Shown: positions 27,051 to 38,182, numbered from the stretch's first letter. The stretch: DNA of 64,000 bases from an uncultured Elusimicrobia bacterium (GCA_963702895.1 OY969767.1:1312001-1376000), one strand, 5' to 3'. Made by a program: numbers and translations. Notes: a model not told the origin generated them from the sequence alone.

Positions 27051-29279
27051 TTAAGGGGGCGAGACCTGCGTCTTGAACTGGCCCAAGTGGGCGTCGATCC
27101 GATCATAAAAGATCGTCCAGCGATTGGTCCCTTCTGGTTTTTCTATAAATCCTTTGATCTCGAGTTGGCTCAAGAGGTCCGTGGCCCGTGCTGAGGAACC
27201 AAAATGAGCTTTGAGCAAATCTTGTGAGACGCGCTTGCGTTCCAGGACCAACATCAAGGCCTGCTGAAGGTCATCAAGCTCCTCCGACGTCTCGCCATAG
27301 ATCCCCTGCGCGCGCGCGTTGGCGGAGAGCGTGCGTTCATAACTGGGAGCGCCCTGCGAACGGACATAATCGGCGACCCCTTGGACTTCCTTGGTCGTCA
27401 CAAGGCCGCACTGTAAACGCGAAGGCTTCGGAGCGCCGGGTGGCAAGAAGAGCATGTCGCCTTGCCCGAGCAGGCTTTCGGCCCCCATGGTATCGAGGAT
27501 GACACGGGAATCGGTTTGTGAAGCGACCCGGAACGCGATACGGGCAGGCAGATTGGCTTTGATCACCCCTGTGATCACATCGACGCTCGGTCGCTGGGTC
27601 GCCAAGACCAGATGAATCCCTACCGCCCGCGCCATCTGGGTCAGACGCTGGATCGAAAGTTCGACTTCCTTCGCCGCCACCGCCATCAAGTCGGCAAGCT
27701 CGTCGATAATCACGATGATGTAGGGCTCGGCGGGCACGCCTTCGGCTTTCATTTTTTCATTGTAGTGATGGATGTCCCGCGCCATGGCGTTGGCGAACTT
27801 TTTAAACCTTTGGTCCATGACCTTGATCACACCCTCCAGGGCCTTCGCGGCTTCCTTCGGATCGGTGATCACGCGACAGTTTTCCGGGTTTTGATTGGGG
27901 TCAAAAAGATAGGGGATTCCGTTGTAGAGCGGAAGCTCAAGTCGCTTGGGATCGATCATGAGCATTTTGACCTCGTCGGGGGTCGCGCGGTACATCAAGG
28001 ACATCACCAGGGCATGGATACAGACGGATTTTCCAGCGCCCGTGCTGCCCGCGATGAGCAGGTGCGGCATGGTGGACAGGTCCGCCACGACGGGATGGCC
28101 CTCCGCGTCTTTCCCCAGAGCCAGCACGAGCTTCGAGGGATGAGTTTGAAAGTCCTGTGATTCGAGCACCTCCCGCAATCGAACCACCGCCCGCTTGAGG
28201 TTGGGAAGCTCGATGCCGACGGCGGACTTGCCGGGGATGGGGGCAACGACCCGTACGCTCATGGCTTTCATCGCCAAGGCAATATCGTTGGCAAGACTCG
28301 CAACGGATTGGACTTTGATGCCAGGCGCTGGTGTGAAATCAAAGCGCGTAATGATGGGTCCAGGGTGGATCTCGACGACTTTGCCTTGAACGCCAAAGTC
28401 CGCCAGCGTCTTTTCCAGGTGCTGGGCGCTCGCGAGGAGGTCCTCCTCGTTTGTCATCACGGGATTGCGTTCGCCATAGACCAGGAGCTCGAGGGCCGGT
28501 TTCACAAACGGCTTGCGCTCCGCTTCAACGTCCTCAGGACCCTTGGTGTCAGCAGGCTGGGCGGGGGACCGCAGCCGCTGGCCTGTCGCAGGAATAGCTT
28601 GGGTGGCGATCTCAGGTTTGTTGACCACGGGCGGCACTTTTGAAGGATCTTCCTTGCCGTGGATCTTCGGCATCACTTTCGGCAGAGGTTTTTTCGCCGC
28701 CGTCGGGCTTTGGGCCTTTGATTTTTGAAGGTGAACGGCTTGCCGCCATTCGTTCCAGTCCATCGAAAGACGGTGCCAGAACCACGCCAACACCTCCCCA
28801 GGCCTGCGACCCGATCGCCAAAGAATGACTCCCAGCAACAAGACACTGGAGATAAAGAATCCCCCCCAGGCGCCGAAGAATTGCTTGAGCAAACCGCTCA
28901 TCATTTTGCCGGCATAGCCGCCGGGGTTCATGTCCAGAAAGAGTGATCCAAACGAGCTCAGAACGGCTGAGGCAGAAATAACAAGTAGTGCGTCGACGAG
29001 CAAATAGCGCCAGGGCTGGCGGGTCTCCCGATGTAAGATGAGCCGGATGCCACGATACCCCACAAGAAGCCACACGAGATAGCTGCCCTGACCAAAGGCA
29101 CGAAGCGTCGACCGGGCAAGCATCATACCGACCACACCAAAGCGCCGAGGCCATAGGGTGCAGGCAAGGCCCAGCAGACTGATCGCCGCCAGACAAAAAC
29201 CGGAAAACTCAGGCGAGACGCTGTCTCTCGTCCGCTCTTTCCGATAGCCGACGCGTGCGCGCAAGGGTGTCCAGTTCAT
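27051..29279 (-). CDS. ftsK: DNA translocase FtsK
   Basis: N-terminal TMs; PHLLIAGSTGAGKS, IDELADLM, LATQRPSVDVITG and GAESLLGQGDML. Confidence 0.96.
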   Translation of the reverse strand: MNWTPLRARVGYRKERTRDSVSPEFSGFCLAAISLLGLACTLWPRRFGVVGMMLARSTLRAFGQGSYLVWLLVGYRGIRLILHRETRQPWRYLLVDALLVISASAVLSSFGSLFLDMNPGGYAGKMMSGLLKQFFGAWGGFFISSVLLLGVILWRSGRRPGEVLAWFWHRLSMDWNEWRQAVHLQKSKAQSPTAAKKPLPKVMPKIHGKEDPSKVPPVVNKPEIATQAIPATGQRLRSPAQPADTKGPEDVEAERKPFVKPALELLVYGERNPVMTNEEDLLASAQHLEKTLADFGVQGKVVEIHPGPIITRFDFTPAPGIKVQSVASLANDIALAMKAMSVRVVAPIPGKSAVGIELPNLKRAVVRLREVLESQDFQTHPSKLVLALGKDAEGHPVVADLSTMPHLLIAGSTGAGKSVCIHALVMSLMYRATPDEVKMLMIDPKRLELPLYNGIPYLFDPNQNPENCRVITDPKEAAKALEGVIKVMDQRFKKFANAMARDIHHYNEKMKAEGVPAEPYIIVIIDELADLMAVAAKEVELSIQRLTQMARAVGIHLVLATQRPSVDVITGVIKANLPARIAFRVASQTDSRVILDTMGAESLLGQGDMLFLPPGAPKPSRLQCGLVTTKEVQGVADYVRSQGAPSYERTLSANARAQGIYGETSEELDDLQQALMLVLERKRVSQDLLKAHFGSSARATDLLSQLEIKGFIEKPEGTNRWTIFYDRIDAHLGQFKTQVSPP

Positions 29280-29743
29280 GAGGCAGGCTCAATGTGAAAA
29301 AGGGCTTGCCCGGCGGAAACCGAGCGACCATTTTCAGCGAGGATCTTCAGGACTTTGAAGCGTGACTCCGCTTTAATCTCATTCATCACCTTCATGGCCT
29401 CGACGATGCAGAGGGTTTGTCCCGCATCAACGACGTCCCCTTCCTTGACGAAGGGAGGGCTGGTGGGCGCGGAGGCCCTGTAGAACACCCCCGCCAGCGG
29501 TGACTCAATCGCCGGAGCCTTCACGGCGGGTTCGGCAGCGGGAGCCGAACCGGTTTTGGAAGCCGGCGAGCCCGCCCGAGGATGCGCTTGCGTTGGCAGA
29601 GGATAGACCCCAGCCAGGGCAGAAACGGACCCTCGCCGGACCAGCTTGATCCGGCTGTCTTCCTCTTTGATCTCCAGCGCGTCCAGATCCTTCTCGAGCA
29701 TGAGATCGTAGAGTTCTTTGAGTTGCTCGAGGTCCGTTGGCAT
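29276..29743 (-). CDS. accB: Biotin carboxyl carrier protein
   Basis: SPLAGVFY and EAMKVMNEI biotinylation motif. Confidence 0.93.
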   Translation of the reverse strand: MPTDLEQLKELYDLMLEKDLDALEIKEEDSRIKLVRRGSVSALAGVYPLPTQAHPRAGSPASKTGSAPAAEPAVKAPAIESPLAGVFYRASAPTSPPFVKEGDVVDAGQTLCIVEAMKVMNEIKAESRFKVLKILAENGRSVSAGQALFHIEPAS

Positions 29744-29748
29744 CGTCG

Positions 29749-31959
29749 TTAAAAGTTGCCGCGTCTCCTCGGACCGCGGTCGCGTCCCCCAAAGGACCGT
29801 CCACCGCCGCCGCGAAATTCGCCTCGTCCGCGGCCGCCTCCCACGGACTCTCGTCCGCCTTCATTTTCAGAGCCGGGATGAGTAACCGCTTTACGCGAAA
29901 GGTTGATGCGCCCTTGAGCATCAACTTCGAGGACCTTGACTTCAAGCTCATCTCCCTCTTTGCAGACATCTTCCGCTTTCTCCACAAAGGTGGGCGCCAG
30001 CTGGTTCATGCGAATGAGCCCTTCCTTGCCAGGAAAAATCTCGACAAAGACCCCGATGCCCATAATACGAGTCACCTTGCCTTTATAGATCTTGCCCACT
30101 TCGGCTTCTGCGGTAAGGCCTTCGACTTCTTCCTTTGCGCGCTGCACGGCCACGGAATCGATCGAGGAGATATAGACACAACCGTCATCTTCGACTTCGA
30201 CTTCCGCCCCGGTCAATTCAATAATGCGGCGGATGTTCTTCCCGCCAGGGCCAATCAAGGCGCCAATCTTGTCGACAGGGATTTGGACCATGATCATGCG
30301 CGGCGCATGGACAGACAGTTCCGGGCGTGGCGCGGAGAGCGTGCTGAGCATGTGTTCCAAGATCTTCAGCCTCGCTTCTTTCGCCTGCGCCAGCGCCTCC
30401 GTCAAGATCTGAACGGAAATACCAGCGATTTTAATGTCCATCTGGATGCCGGTCACACCGTCTGGCGTGCCGGAGATTTTAAAATCCATATCTCCCAGAT
30501 GATCTTCCAAGCCCTGGATGTCGGTCAGAACAGCATATTTCTCGCCCTCTTTGACCAGACCCATGGCGATGCCCGCAACCGGTTTCTTAATAGGCACGCC
30601 CGCGTCATAGAGCGCCAGCAGCCCACCGCAGACGGAAGCCATGGAGCTCGATCCGTTGGACTCCAAGATATCGGAAACCATGCGAATGGTATAAGGGAAC
30701 GATTCTTCATCGGGAAGCATCTCCACCAAGGAACGCTTGGCCAATGCGCCATGTCCGATTTCGCGACGTCCTGGACCACGGTCAGGTTTGGGCTCACCCG
30801 TCGAGAAACCCGGGAAGTTATAGTGGAACAGGAAGCGGTCCTTATACTCCCCCTGGAGCGCATCAATGATCTGCATATCGGAGGGTGTGCCCAAGGTGAC
30901 GGTCACAAGAGCCTGGGTTTGGCCGCGCGTAAAGAGTGCGCTTCCGTGCACGCGAGGCAGCACCCCCACGCGTGAAGCCAGCGGCCGGATTTGTGTAAAG
31001 GTCCTCCCATCGGAGCGCTTGCGTTCATCGAGAATGAGCTTGCGGGCTTCTTCGTAGAGCACATTTTCGAGTAGATGCTCAATGGCAGGCGCTGAATCGG
31101 GATATTTTTCAACGAGGCCGGCGAGGGCCTTGTCCTTGACCTGAGACACCTTCTCATCGCGCGCGGACTTCTCATTGATACGCACGGCTTCCTTCAGACC
31201 CGAGCGTGCGAGGGTGTCGACGGCGACTTTGAGGTCCTCCGGCAACGCGGTGGGAGTCCACTTCATCTGGCCGGTTTTAAGACCCGCGGCCAGCTTATTG
31301 AGCTCCTCACAGATCCGGGCATTTTCGCGCTGTGCCAGTGAGAGCGCCTCCACCAACTGATTCTCACCTATTTCACTCGCACCCCCCTCGACCATGAGGA
31401 GAGCGTTGGCGGAAGCAGCAACGATGAGGTTGAGATCACTCTTTTCGTCGTCCGGGTGGCTCGGGTTCACGACGAGTTGCCCGTCGATCTGACCAATCCT
31501 GACGGCTCCGATGGGACCGTTAAACGGAAGATCCGAAACGCGCAGCGCCGCGGAGGCGCCGATCATGCACAGGATGTCCGGACTGTTGACGCCGTCGCTG
31601 GACAAGACGATCGCGGAAATCTGGACTTCATGGAGGAAGCCTTCTGGGAACAGGGGGCGTATGGAGCGATCAATAAGACGAGAAACAAGGATTTCGCTGT
31701 CGCGTGATTTCCCTTCGCGCTTAAAAAACCCTCCTGGGATGCGCCCGGCGGCATAGGTACGCTCACGGTAATCGACCGTAAGAGGGAAGAAATCCGTCCC
31801 TTCCTTGGGTTTGGGTGAGGCGACCGCCGTGACGAGCACGACGGTCTCACCGGCCGTCACCAGGGCCGCGCCATTGGCTTGCTTCGCGAGGCCGCCCGTT
31901 TCAATCTTGATTGTTTCTTTTCCGAGTGTGAATTCTACTTTACGAATATTGTCTGACAT
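29749..31959 (-). CDS. pnp: Polyribonucleotide nucleotidyltransferase
   Basis: FFPLTVDY, RREIGHG, SNGSSSMAS and DMDFK; KH and S1 domains. Confidence 0.98.
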   Translation of the reverse strand: MSDNIRKVEFTLGKETIKIETGGLAKQANGAALVTAGETVVLVTAVASPKPKEGTDFFPLTVDYRERTYAAGRIPGGFFKREGKSRDSEILVSRLIDRSIRPLFPEGFLHEVQISAIVLSSDGVNSPDILCMIGASAALRVSDLPFNGPIGAVRIGQIDGQLVVNPSHPDDEKSDLNLIVAASANALLMVEGGASEIGENQLVEALSLAQRENARICEELNKLAAGLKTGQMKWTPTALPEDLKVAVDTLARSGLKEAVRINEKSARDEKVSQVKDKALAGLVEKYPDSAPAIEHLLENVLYEEARKLILDERKRSDGRTFTQIRPLASRVGVLPRVHGSALFTRGQTQALVTVTLGTPSDMQIIDALQGEYKDRFLFHYNFPGFSTGEPKPDRGPGRREIGHGALAKRSLVEMLPDEESFPYTIRMVSDILESNGSSSMASVCGGLLALYDAGVPIKKPVAGIAMGLVKEGEKYAVLTDIQGLEDHLGDMDFKISGTPDGVTGIQMDIKIAGISVQILTEALAQAKEARLKILEHMLSTLSAPRPELSVHAPRMIMVQIPVDKIGALIGPGGKNIRRIIELTGAEVEVEDDGCVYISSIDSVAVQRAKEEVEGLTAEAEVGKIYKGKVTRIMGIGVFVEIFPGKEGLIRMNQLAPTFVEKAEDVCKEGDELEVKVLEVDAQGRINLSRKAVTHPGSENEGGRESVGGGRGRGEFRGGGGRSFGGRDRGPRRRGNF

Positions 31960-31996
31960 GTTGGTTCTCCTTTTTTGTCTGCCTTAACGAGAAACA

Positions 31997-32055
31997 CCCA
32001 TCGACAATAGTAGAAGGGGCACCCGTATGGTACCCGTTCAACTACTGACGATGGG
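31997..32055 (-). promoter_or_regulatory. Long imperfect stem-loop in the rpsO-pnp spacer (candidate RNase III site)
   Basis: CCCATCGACAATAGTAGAAGGGG matches the reverse complement of CCCGTTCAACTACTGACGATGGG at 19/23. Confidence 0.55.
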
Positions 32056-32063
32056 CAAAGTCC

Positions 32064-32333
32064 TTATCGACGCAACTTCAGCTCATCGATCAGGTCGCGA
32101 TACTTGTTTCGATCGACAGACCTGAGGTAATTGAGGTGCCTGCGGCGATTGCCGACAAGCTTCAACAATCCCTGGCGCGAGGCATAATCCTTGCCATGCG
32201 CTTTGAAGTGCTGCGTGAGTTGGTTGATTCGTTCTGTGATGAGAGCGATCTGGATAGCCGAACTGCCGGAATCGGCGGCGTGCTTTCTAAATCGCTCGAT
32301 CGTTGTCTTCTTTATTTCCTTGGTTAATGGCAT
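32064..32333 (-). CDS. rpsO: 30S ribosomal protein S15
   Basis: 89 aa; DSGSSAIQIALIT..GLLKLVGNRRRHLNYL. Confidence 0.97.
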   Translation of the reverse strand: MPLTKEIKKTTIERFRKHAADSGSSAIQIALITERINQLTQHFKAHGKDYASRQGLLKLVGNRRRHLNYLRSVDRNKYRDLIDELKLRR

Positions 32334-32363
32334 GACGTTTGTTCATCTCCTAATTTGGTATGA

Positions 32364-32393
32364 ATTATATCGAAAAATGAGCTTTTCTGTAAA
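32364..32393 (-). promoter_or_regulatory. Internal sigma70 promoter for rpsO
   Basis: TTTACA, 18 nt, TATAAT on the minus strand, overlapping the ribF stop; SD AGGAG downstream. Confidence 0.65.
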
Positions 32394-33297
32394 GTTTGGC
32401 CTTCACGAGGTCCCGACGGATCTGTCGTTGAAGGGCTTGCCGAGATGGGAATCTTCGCTCTGCTCGTAATCGTCTCAAAAAAACAAGGCGTATTTGCTTA
32501 CCATAGAGGCTTCCCGGCTTGCCCCAAAGGTAGACCTCACAGTGATCGTGATGGGACTGGGGCGCGAAGGTTGGGCGTGTTCCGACATTGCATAGGCCAT
32601 CCCATCCCGAGAGCACCTCGGAGAGGCGCACCGGAAATTTCGTGGCAGGATGCGCTTTGACCCAATAAACACCCGGTGGCACGATTTTTCTTGGATCGAT
32701 CTGGAGGTTGGCGGTCGGAAAACTTATCGTACGTCCACGATGGTCGCCATGAACGACCCGCCCTTCGACCGAGTAGGGATAACCGAGCAGGTGGTTCGCT
32801 CGTTCGATTTTCCCCTCCGCCAGAAGCGTTCGGATCCGGCGCGAGGAGACAGCTCCTGTTTTCGTTCTCACATCATGAACGACGTCGACGCGCACCCCAT
32901 AGGTCTTGCCCAGGGCCTTGAGCAGAGACAACCGTCCCGTGCGATTTTTACCGAAAGCCACCTTGGGGCCTACCACCATCACACGGGCTCGCCACTTGCG
33001 AACGATCGTTTCCCGGAAAAAGCGCTCCGGAGGCGTCGAAGCCGTCTTGCGGTTAAAAACCAAGACACCCAGGCTCTTGATGCCAAAAGTTCTCAACAGC
33101 ATTCGCTTTTCTGCGAGGGTGGTTAAAAGGATGGGCTGTGTCCCGGGCTCCCCGGCGTGCCTTGGCGGCATGTCAAAGGCAAGCGCCACCGGGGTCGCGC
33201 GAGAGGCCTTGGCCTGTTGAATGACTTTTTTAAAGAGGGCTTGGTGGCCGAGGTGCACACCGTCAAACGTCCCTAACGTGAGAACCGTCTTACGCAT
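32365..33297 (-). CDS. ribF: Bifunctional riboflavin kinase/FAD synthetase
   Basis: GTFDGVHLGH, VSSRRIR, FPTAN and NVGTRPT. Confidence 0.95.
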   Translation of the reverse strand: MRKTVLTLGTFDGVHLGHQALFKKVIQQAKASRATPVALAFDMPPRHAGEPGTQPILLTTLAEKRMLLRTFGIKSLGVLVFNRKTASTPPERFFRETIVRKWRARVMVVGPKVAFGKNRTGRLSLLKALGKTYGVRVDVVHDVRTKTGAVSSRRIRTLLAEGKIERANHLLGYPYSVEGRVVHGDHRGRTISFPTANLQIDPRKIVPPGVYWVKAHPATKFPVRLSEVLSGWDGLCNVGTRPTFAPQSHHDHCEVYLWGKPGSLYGKQIRLVFLRRLRAERRFPSRQALQRQIRRDLVKAKLYRKAHFSI

Positions 33298-34006
33298 AGG
33301 CGGCGGCTGAGGCCGGATCCGCTGGCAGGAGGGCCGCTCGCAAGACCGTCAGCGGATTTCGCTCGAGATCCTCCCAACGAAGGGCCTGGGCCAGGGCGTA
33401 GGGACCGATGCGTTCGCGCACCAATTCAGCCAAAGCGGAACAAGTCTCAAGTCGGGTGGCCACATCTTCAACGAGGCTGCGGATGTAGGTTCCTCTGGAA
33501 CATACGGCACGCGCTGCCCAGAGGGGCGGAAAGAATTCCAAGAGATCAAAGGACGTGATGGTGACGGGACGAGGCGCGCGCGGTATGTCCTGACCCTTTC
33601 GCGCGTACTCATAATAGGGCTTGCCTTTGTACTTCAAAGCAGCGTACTTCGGCGGCACCTGCTGGGTCATGCCTAAAAAAGAGCTCATGGCGGATCTCAG
33701 AGCCTCCGGGGTGACGTGAGCGAAGAGAGCTGTCCTCATCACCTTTCCCTGCATGTCGCCGGTATCGGTCCCCACGCCCAGCATCGCTCGGAAGAAATAA
33801 GTCTTCGGGAGGGCTAGAAAGTTGTCCTGATAGCGTGTCGCCTGGCCTACGAGCACAAGCAAAAGCCCCCGCGCGGCAGGGTCCAGTGTCCCACAATGTC
33901 CGGCGCGCTCCGCCTGGAGCGAGCGTTGGACCCCCTGAACGCACTGGAATGACGTCATACCGGCAGGTTTGTCGAGGAGCAGAAGTCCTTCGGGTTTCTC
34001 AAGCAC
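33290..34006 (-). CDS. truB: tRNA pseudouridine-55 synthase
   Basis: LDKPAGMTS, GHCGTLDP and CSRGTYIRSL; GTG 34006 chosen as start. Confidence 0.93.
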   Translation of the reverse strand: MLEKPEGLLLLDKPAGMTSFQCVQGVQRSLQAERAGHCGTLDPAARGLLLVLVGQATRYQDNFLALPKTYFFRAMLGVGTDTGDMQGKVMRTALFAHVTPEALRSAMSSFLGMTQQVPPKYAALKYKGKPYYEYARKGQDIPRAPRPVTITSFDLLEFFPPLWAARAVCSRGTYIRSLVEDVATRLETCSALAELVRERIGPYALAQALRWEDLERNPLTVLRAALLPADPASAAAYA

Positions 34007-34364
34007 CTTGATCGTGTGGGTCTCGCTCGTGCTCCAGTTGGGTGAGGACCTCGAGCACCTTTTGCGCTTCTTCCGCACTATGGTCGAGAACAAACATCAA
34101 CTCCGGAGCGTTCTTTAGATTTTCAAGTTTTCGCAAACGCGCACGGAAGAAACCTTTGGCTCTCTCGAGGGTTTCCTGCGTTCGCTTTTTTTCGTCTGCG
34201 GACCCGAGGACCGAGTAGAAGACTTTCGCGAGGTTAAAATCGTGAGAGAGGCGCACCGCGAGCACGGTAATGAACCCCAAACCCGGGTCTTTGAGCTTGG
34301 GGATGAGCTTGGAGATTTCCTGCTGAATAAGCTCGGTCACGCGTTCTTGTCGTCGTAGACTCAT
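33999..34364 (-). CDS. rbfA: Ribosome-binding factor A
   Basis: LKDPGLGFITV..AKVFYS..PELMFVLD; synteny. Confidence 0.92.
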   Translation of the reverse strand: MSLRRQERVTELIQQEISKLIPKLKDPGLGFITVLAVRLSHDFNLAKVFYSVLGSADEKKRTQETLERAKGFFRARLRKLENLKNAPELMFVLDHSAEEAQKVLEVLTQLEHERDPHDQGA

Positions 34365-34384
34365 AGGGATGTTGGAAGGCCGGT

Positions 34385-36826
34385 TTAGGCCTGGGGTTCC
34401 AGCTTGCGCGCCTTGGTCTCTTCGAGGAAGACTTCCACAACATCCTTCGCTTTGATGTCCTGGAAATTGCCAAGGCCAATACCACACTCAAATCCTTTGT
34501 CGACTTCCTTCACATCGTCCTTGAAGCGCCGGAGGGACTCGAGAACGCCCTCATGGACCAAGACGCCGTCCCGGATCAGGCGGACGCGCGCCCCACGGAT
34601 CAGCTTGCCTTCCAGAACAAAACTTCCGCCAATGGTGCCACCCTTGGAGAGCTTAAAGACGTCACGGATTTCCGCGCGACCCAACTTCACCTCGGTCTTC
34701 TCGGGCTCCAGCAAGCCCTCCATGGCGGCCCTCACATCCGCGATCGCCTCATAAATGATCCGATAGGTTTTGATTTCAACGTCCTCTTTTCGGGCCAAAT
34801 CCTCGGCCTTGCTGTCCGGGCGGATCCCGAAGCCAATGATGACCGCGTCCGAGGCGGCCGCCAGCGTCACGTCGGTCTCGTTGATGCCACCGACACCCGA
34901 ATGGATGACGTGAAGTCGTATTTCATCGGTCGACATCCGCTCGAGGGAGTCGCGCAGGGCCTGCACGGACCCCTGGACATCCGCCTTTAAGATGATCTTC
35001 AGCTCGCGCACTTTGCCTTCGGCGACTTTTTCATGCAGATTGGCGAGCGTGACATGACGCCTCTTCTGCACCTCTTCGGTGAGGATCATTTGCCGGCGCT
35101 CGACGAGCGTCCTGGCCTCGCGCTCGTCGAGAATGACTCTAAAGCGATCACCGGCTTGAGGCACAGCCGAGAACCCCAGCACTTCGACAGGGGTGGATGG
35201 ACCTGCTTGGCTCAAGCGCTCGCCGCGGTCGTCCTGCAGCGCGCGAACGCGCCCGTAGGTCACCCCGGCCACAACGACATCGCCGGTCTTCAGGTTCCCT
35301 TTCTGAATCAAGAGCGTTGCGGTCACACCACGCCGGGGGTCGAGCTTCGCCTCGATGACGACACCTTGTGCGGGTCGGTCAGGGTTCGCTTTGAGCTCCA
35401 TGAGCTCGGCTTCCAAAAGAAGCATTTCCAGGAGCTTCTCGATGTTCGTGCCCTTTTTAGCGGAGACTTCCACAAAAACAGTTTTACCGCCCCATTCCTC
35501 CGAGACCAGTTGGTGCTGGGAGAGCTCGCGGCGGATCTTTTCGACATCGGCTGTGGGTAAATCGATCTTGTTGACCGCAACCACGATCGGAACGCCCGCC
35601 GCGCGCGCATGGTCAATGGCCTCGATCGTTTGCGGCATCACGCCATCATCTGCGGCCACGACCAGAACCACGATGTCGGTCGCTTTGGCGCCGCGCGCGC
35701 GCATGGCCGTAAACGCTTCATGGCCAGGCGTATCCAGAAAGACCACATCCCCCTTGGGCGTAGGGACACGGTAGGCGCCAATGTGCTGGGTGATGCCGCC
35801 CGCTTCTTTCTCCGCAACGCGTGTTTTGCGAATCGTGTCGAGGAGGCTTGTCTTTCCGTGATCGACGTGTCCCATGATGGTGACCACGGGAGGTCGGGGC
35901 TTAAGCTGGCCCGGGTCGTCGATGTCCTCCTCGAGCTCGGCCTCACTCAGAATCGGAATAATATCAACGTCAAATCCGAAAGAATCGGCCGCCAGGGTCG
36001 CGATATCGGAATCGATCTGCTGATTGATGGTCACCATGCTGCCAAGACCAAGGAGTTTCTTAATCACGTCGATCGGTTTAACATTAAGCTTGTCTGACAA
36101 ATCTTTGACCGTGAGCACTTCCGGAATCCGGATCTTCTGACGAATCGATACAGCCGTCTCTTCGTGTGGCGAGCTCGGCGGCGTCGTTGTCGAGCCGGCC
36201 GCGGACGGAGCGCCAGCCAGAGGCGAGGCGGCCGTGGCACTCTTTGGAGAAGGACGCGAAAGCTGCGGTTTTAAGGGTGTTGGCGGTGGAAGCTTATAGG
36301 TGGCGGTGGGCTCGCTTTTGCCAGGCTCCTTCTTGGGAGCGGGCGAGGGCTTCGCTGCCTTATCCGCCGGCAAGGGTTTTGCGGACGGGGCACCCACCGC
36401 GGCAGACGACTTGGTCGCCGCCACTTTGGTCGTCGACGGTTTAGGTGGTTCTTGAACGACGGGTGGCGTCTCAGGACTGGGTGGCTTCGGTTCGGTGATC
36501 GGCGCCGGCTGCTTTTCAACGGGCTTGGCTGGTGGAGCTGGAGGCGGAGGAGCCGGAGGCGGGGGCGGGGGCGCCGGCTTCGGTGGCGGCGCCTTCGGTA
36601 TGACACGACGCGTCATCACACCGGTGACCCTGTGCAGCATGGGGGAAGGTGGCGCAACGGAAGCACGCTTAAGGGTCTTTAAGACCATCCGCTTCGGACC
36701 GGTCTTCTCTGGAACGGAGGACGCGTGGTCGACCGGAACCGCTTTTTCCTCGACCGAGCTCTTGGGCTTGTCTGCTTTGGCTGGTCCCTTCTTGGTGTGG
36801 GCGTCAGTTTTTTTCTTGGTTGTCAT
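34385..36826 (-). CDS. infB: Translation initiation factor IF-2
   Basis: [25 protein letters not shown] and NKID; Pro/Lys-rich N-terminus; ATG 36826. Confidence 0.97.
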   Translation of the reverse strand: MTTKKKTDAHTKKGPAKADKPKSSVEEKAVPVDHASSVPEKTGPKRMVLKTLKRASVAPPSPMLHRVTGVMTRRVIPKAPPPKPAPPPPPPAPPPPAPPAKPVEKQPAPITEPKPPSPETPPVVQEPPKPSTTKVAATKSSAAVGAPSAKPLPADKAAKPSPAPKKEPGKSEPTATYKLPPPTPLKPQLSRPSPKSATAASPLAGAPSAAGSTTTPPSSPHEETAVSIRQKIRIPEVLTVKDLSDKLNVKPIDVIKKLLGLGSMVTINQQIDSDIATLAADSFGFDVDIIPILSEAELEEDIDDPGQLKPRPPVVTIMGHVDHGKTSLLDTIRKTRVAEKEAGGITQHIGAYRVPTPKGDVVFLDTPGHEAFTAMRARGAKATDIVVLVVAADDGVMPQTIEAIDHARAAGVPIVVAVNKIDLPTADVEKIRRELSQHQLVSEEWGGKTVFVEVSAKKGTNIEKLLEMLLLEAELMELKANPDRPAQGVVIEAKLDPRRGVTATLLIQKGNLKTGDVVVAGVTYGRVRALQDDRGERLSQAGPSTPVEVLGFSAVPQAGDRFRVILDEREARTLVERRQMILTEEVQKRRHVTLANLHEKVAEGKVRELKIILKADVQGSVQALRDSLERMSTDEIRLHVIHSGVGGINETDVTLAAASDAVIIGFGIRPDSKAEDLARKEDVEIKTYRIIYEAIADVRAAMEGLLEPEKTEVKLGRAEIRDVFKLSKGGTIGGSFVLEGKLIRGARVRLIRDGVLVHEGVLESLRRFKDDVKEVDKGFECGIGLGNFQDIKAKDVVEVFLEETKARKLEPQA

Positions 36827-38165
36827 GTTGTTCTGCCGATTCGCCAGGGGAAGCCTCTTCGGCCGCAGCACTTTGCTGGGCCGTGTCTTCGACGGGTTGA
36901 GCGGCGGCCTCGTTCGCAAGTACCTTTTTGGCGGCTTCGATGATCTTGGCCGCTGTCTTTTCACCCACACCGCGAAGGACGGTCAAGTCATCCGGTTTAG
37001 CGCCGGCCAGCTTCTGAAGACTTCCCCATCCCCCCTTGATCAGAATGTCCGTCGTTTTCGGTCCTACCCCTTCCAGCTTGGAGAGCTCTTCGGCACTGTG
37101 CGCCGCGCGCTCTTGGGCCGCTTCTTTTCGCTGGGTCTCCGATTTGATGTCGATGTGCCAACCCGTGAGCCTGGCGGCCAGTCGTGCGTTCTGTCCCGAC
37201 TTGCCGATCGCTAGCGACAGCATATCATCGGACACCACAATCTCGGCCTGCTTTTCGGCTTCATGGATGATGTTAACAGATATGGCCTTGGCGGGTGAGA
37301 GGCTCGCCGCAATATATTTGCCAGGATCGGCAGACCAGGCGATGAGGTCGATCCGCTCGCCTCGCAACTCATCGATAATGGGGCGCACGCGCGACCCTTT
37401 CACACCCACGCAGGCGCCGACGGGATCGATCTTGGGGTTATTGGTTTTGACGGCCACCTTGGCTCGAAAACCGGGCTCCCGAACGACTTCGATCACTTCC
37501 ACCATCTTTTCATAAACTTCCGGGACTTCCTGCTCAAAGAGGCGCTGGACCACCAGCGGATGCGAGCGGCTCAGGAGGATCTTGGGGCCTCTCGAACCTC
37601 GCTCGACTTTAAGCACGACGACCTTCACGCGTTCCCCTATGGAAAAGCGTTCTCGGCGCACCTGCTCCCGAACGGGCAAGATGCCTTCCGTCTTGCCCAG
37701 GTCGATGATGATGTTGTGATCCACAAAACGATGGACCGTCCCGGCGACCATGGTCCCTTCTTTACTTTGATATTCTTCCAGAACGCTCTGGCGCTCCGTT
37801 TCCCGGATCTTTTGGATGATCACCTGCTTCGCCGTTTGCGCGGCGATTCGCGAAAAATCTTCCGTGATGACCGGGATGCGGACCTCTTCTTCGAGCTTGG
37901 CTTTGGCGTCATAGGTTTTAGCCCCAGCCAGGTCGATTTCGAGATTGTCGTTGGTGACCTGTTCCACCACTTTCTTGACCAGGAAGGCCTGGACTTCCGC
38001 TGTGTCCGGGTTGATGCGCGCTTCAAGGTTGACCATCTTCCCCGAATGCTTTTTGTAGGCCGAGACCAGCGCCTGCTCGATCATCTTCAAAATTTCATCT
38101 TTTTTAATGCCTTTGTCCCGCTCGATTTGCTCTAAAACGGGAAGTAACTCACTTTTTTCTGACAC
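36804..38165 (-). CDS. nusA: Transcription termination factor NusA
   Basis: RIAAQTAKQVI, DPVGACVG and LAIGKSGQNARLA; C-terminal HhH repeats. Confidence 0.97.
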   Translation of the reverse strand: MSEKSELLPVLEQIERDKGIKKDEILKMIEQALVSAYKKHSGKMVNLEARINPDTAEVQAFLVKKVVEQVTNDNLEIDLAGAKTYDAKAKLEEEVRIPVITEDFSRIAAQTAKQVIIQKIRETERQSVLEEYQSKEGTMVAGTVHRFVDHNIIIDLGKTEGILPVREQVRRERFSIGERVKVVVLKVERGSRGPKILLSRSHPLVVQRLFEQEVPEVYEKMVEVIEVVREPGFRAKVAVKTNNPKIDPVGACVGVKGSRVRPIIDELRGERIDLIAWSADPGKYIAASLSPAKAISVNIIHEAEKQAEIVVSDDMLSLAIGKSGQNARLAARLTGWHIDIKSETQRKEAAQERAAHSAEELSKLEGVGPKTTDILIKGGWGSLQKLAGAKPDDLTVLRGVGEKTAAKIIEAAKKVLANEAAAQPVEDTAQQSAAAEEASPGESAEQHDNQEKN

Positions 38166-38182
38166 GGTATTTCCTTTCTCCT

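Noticed and set aside
36160..36620. GGC/GGA-rich low-complexity tract and Gly-rich plus-strand ORF 36495-37214
   Set aside because: Explained by the Pro/Ala-rich N-terminal linker of IF-2 on the minus strand
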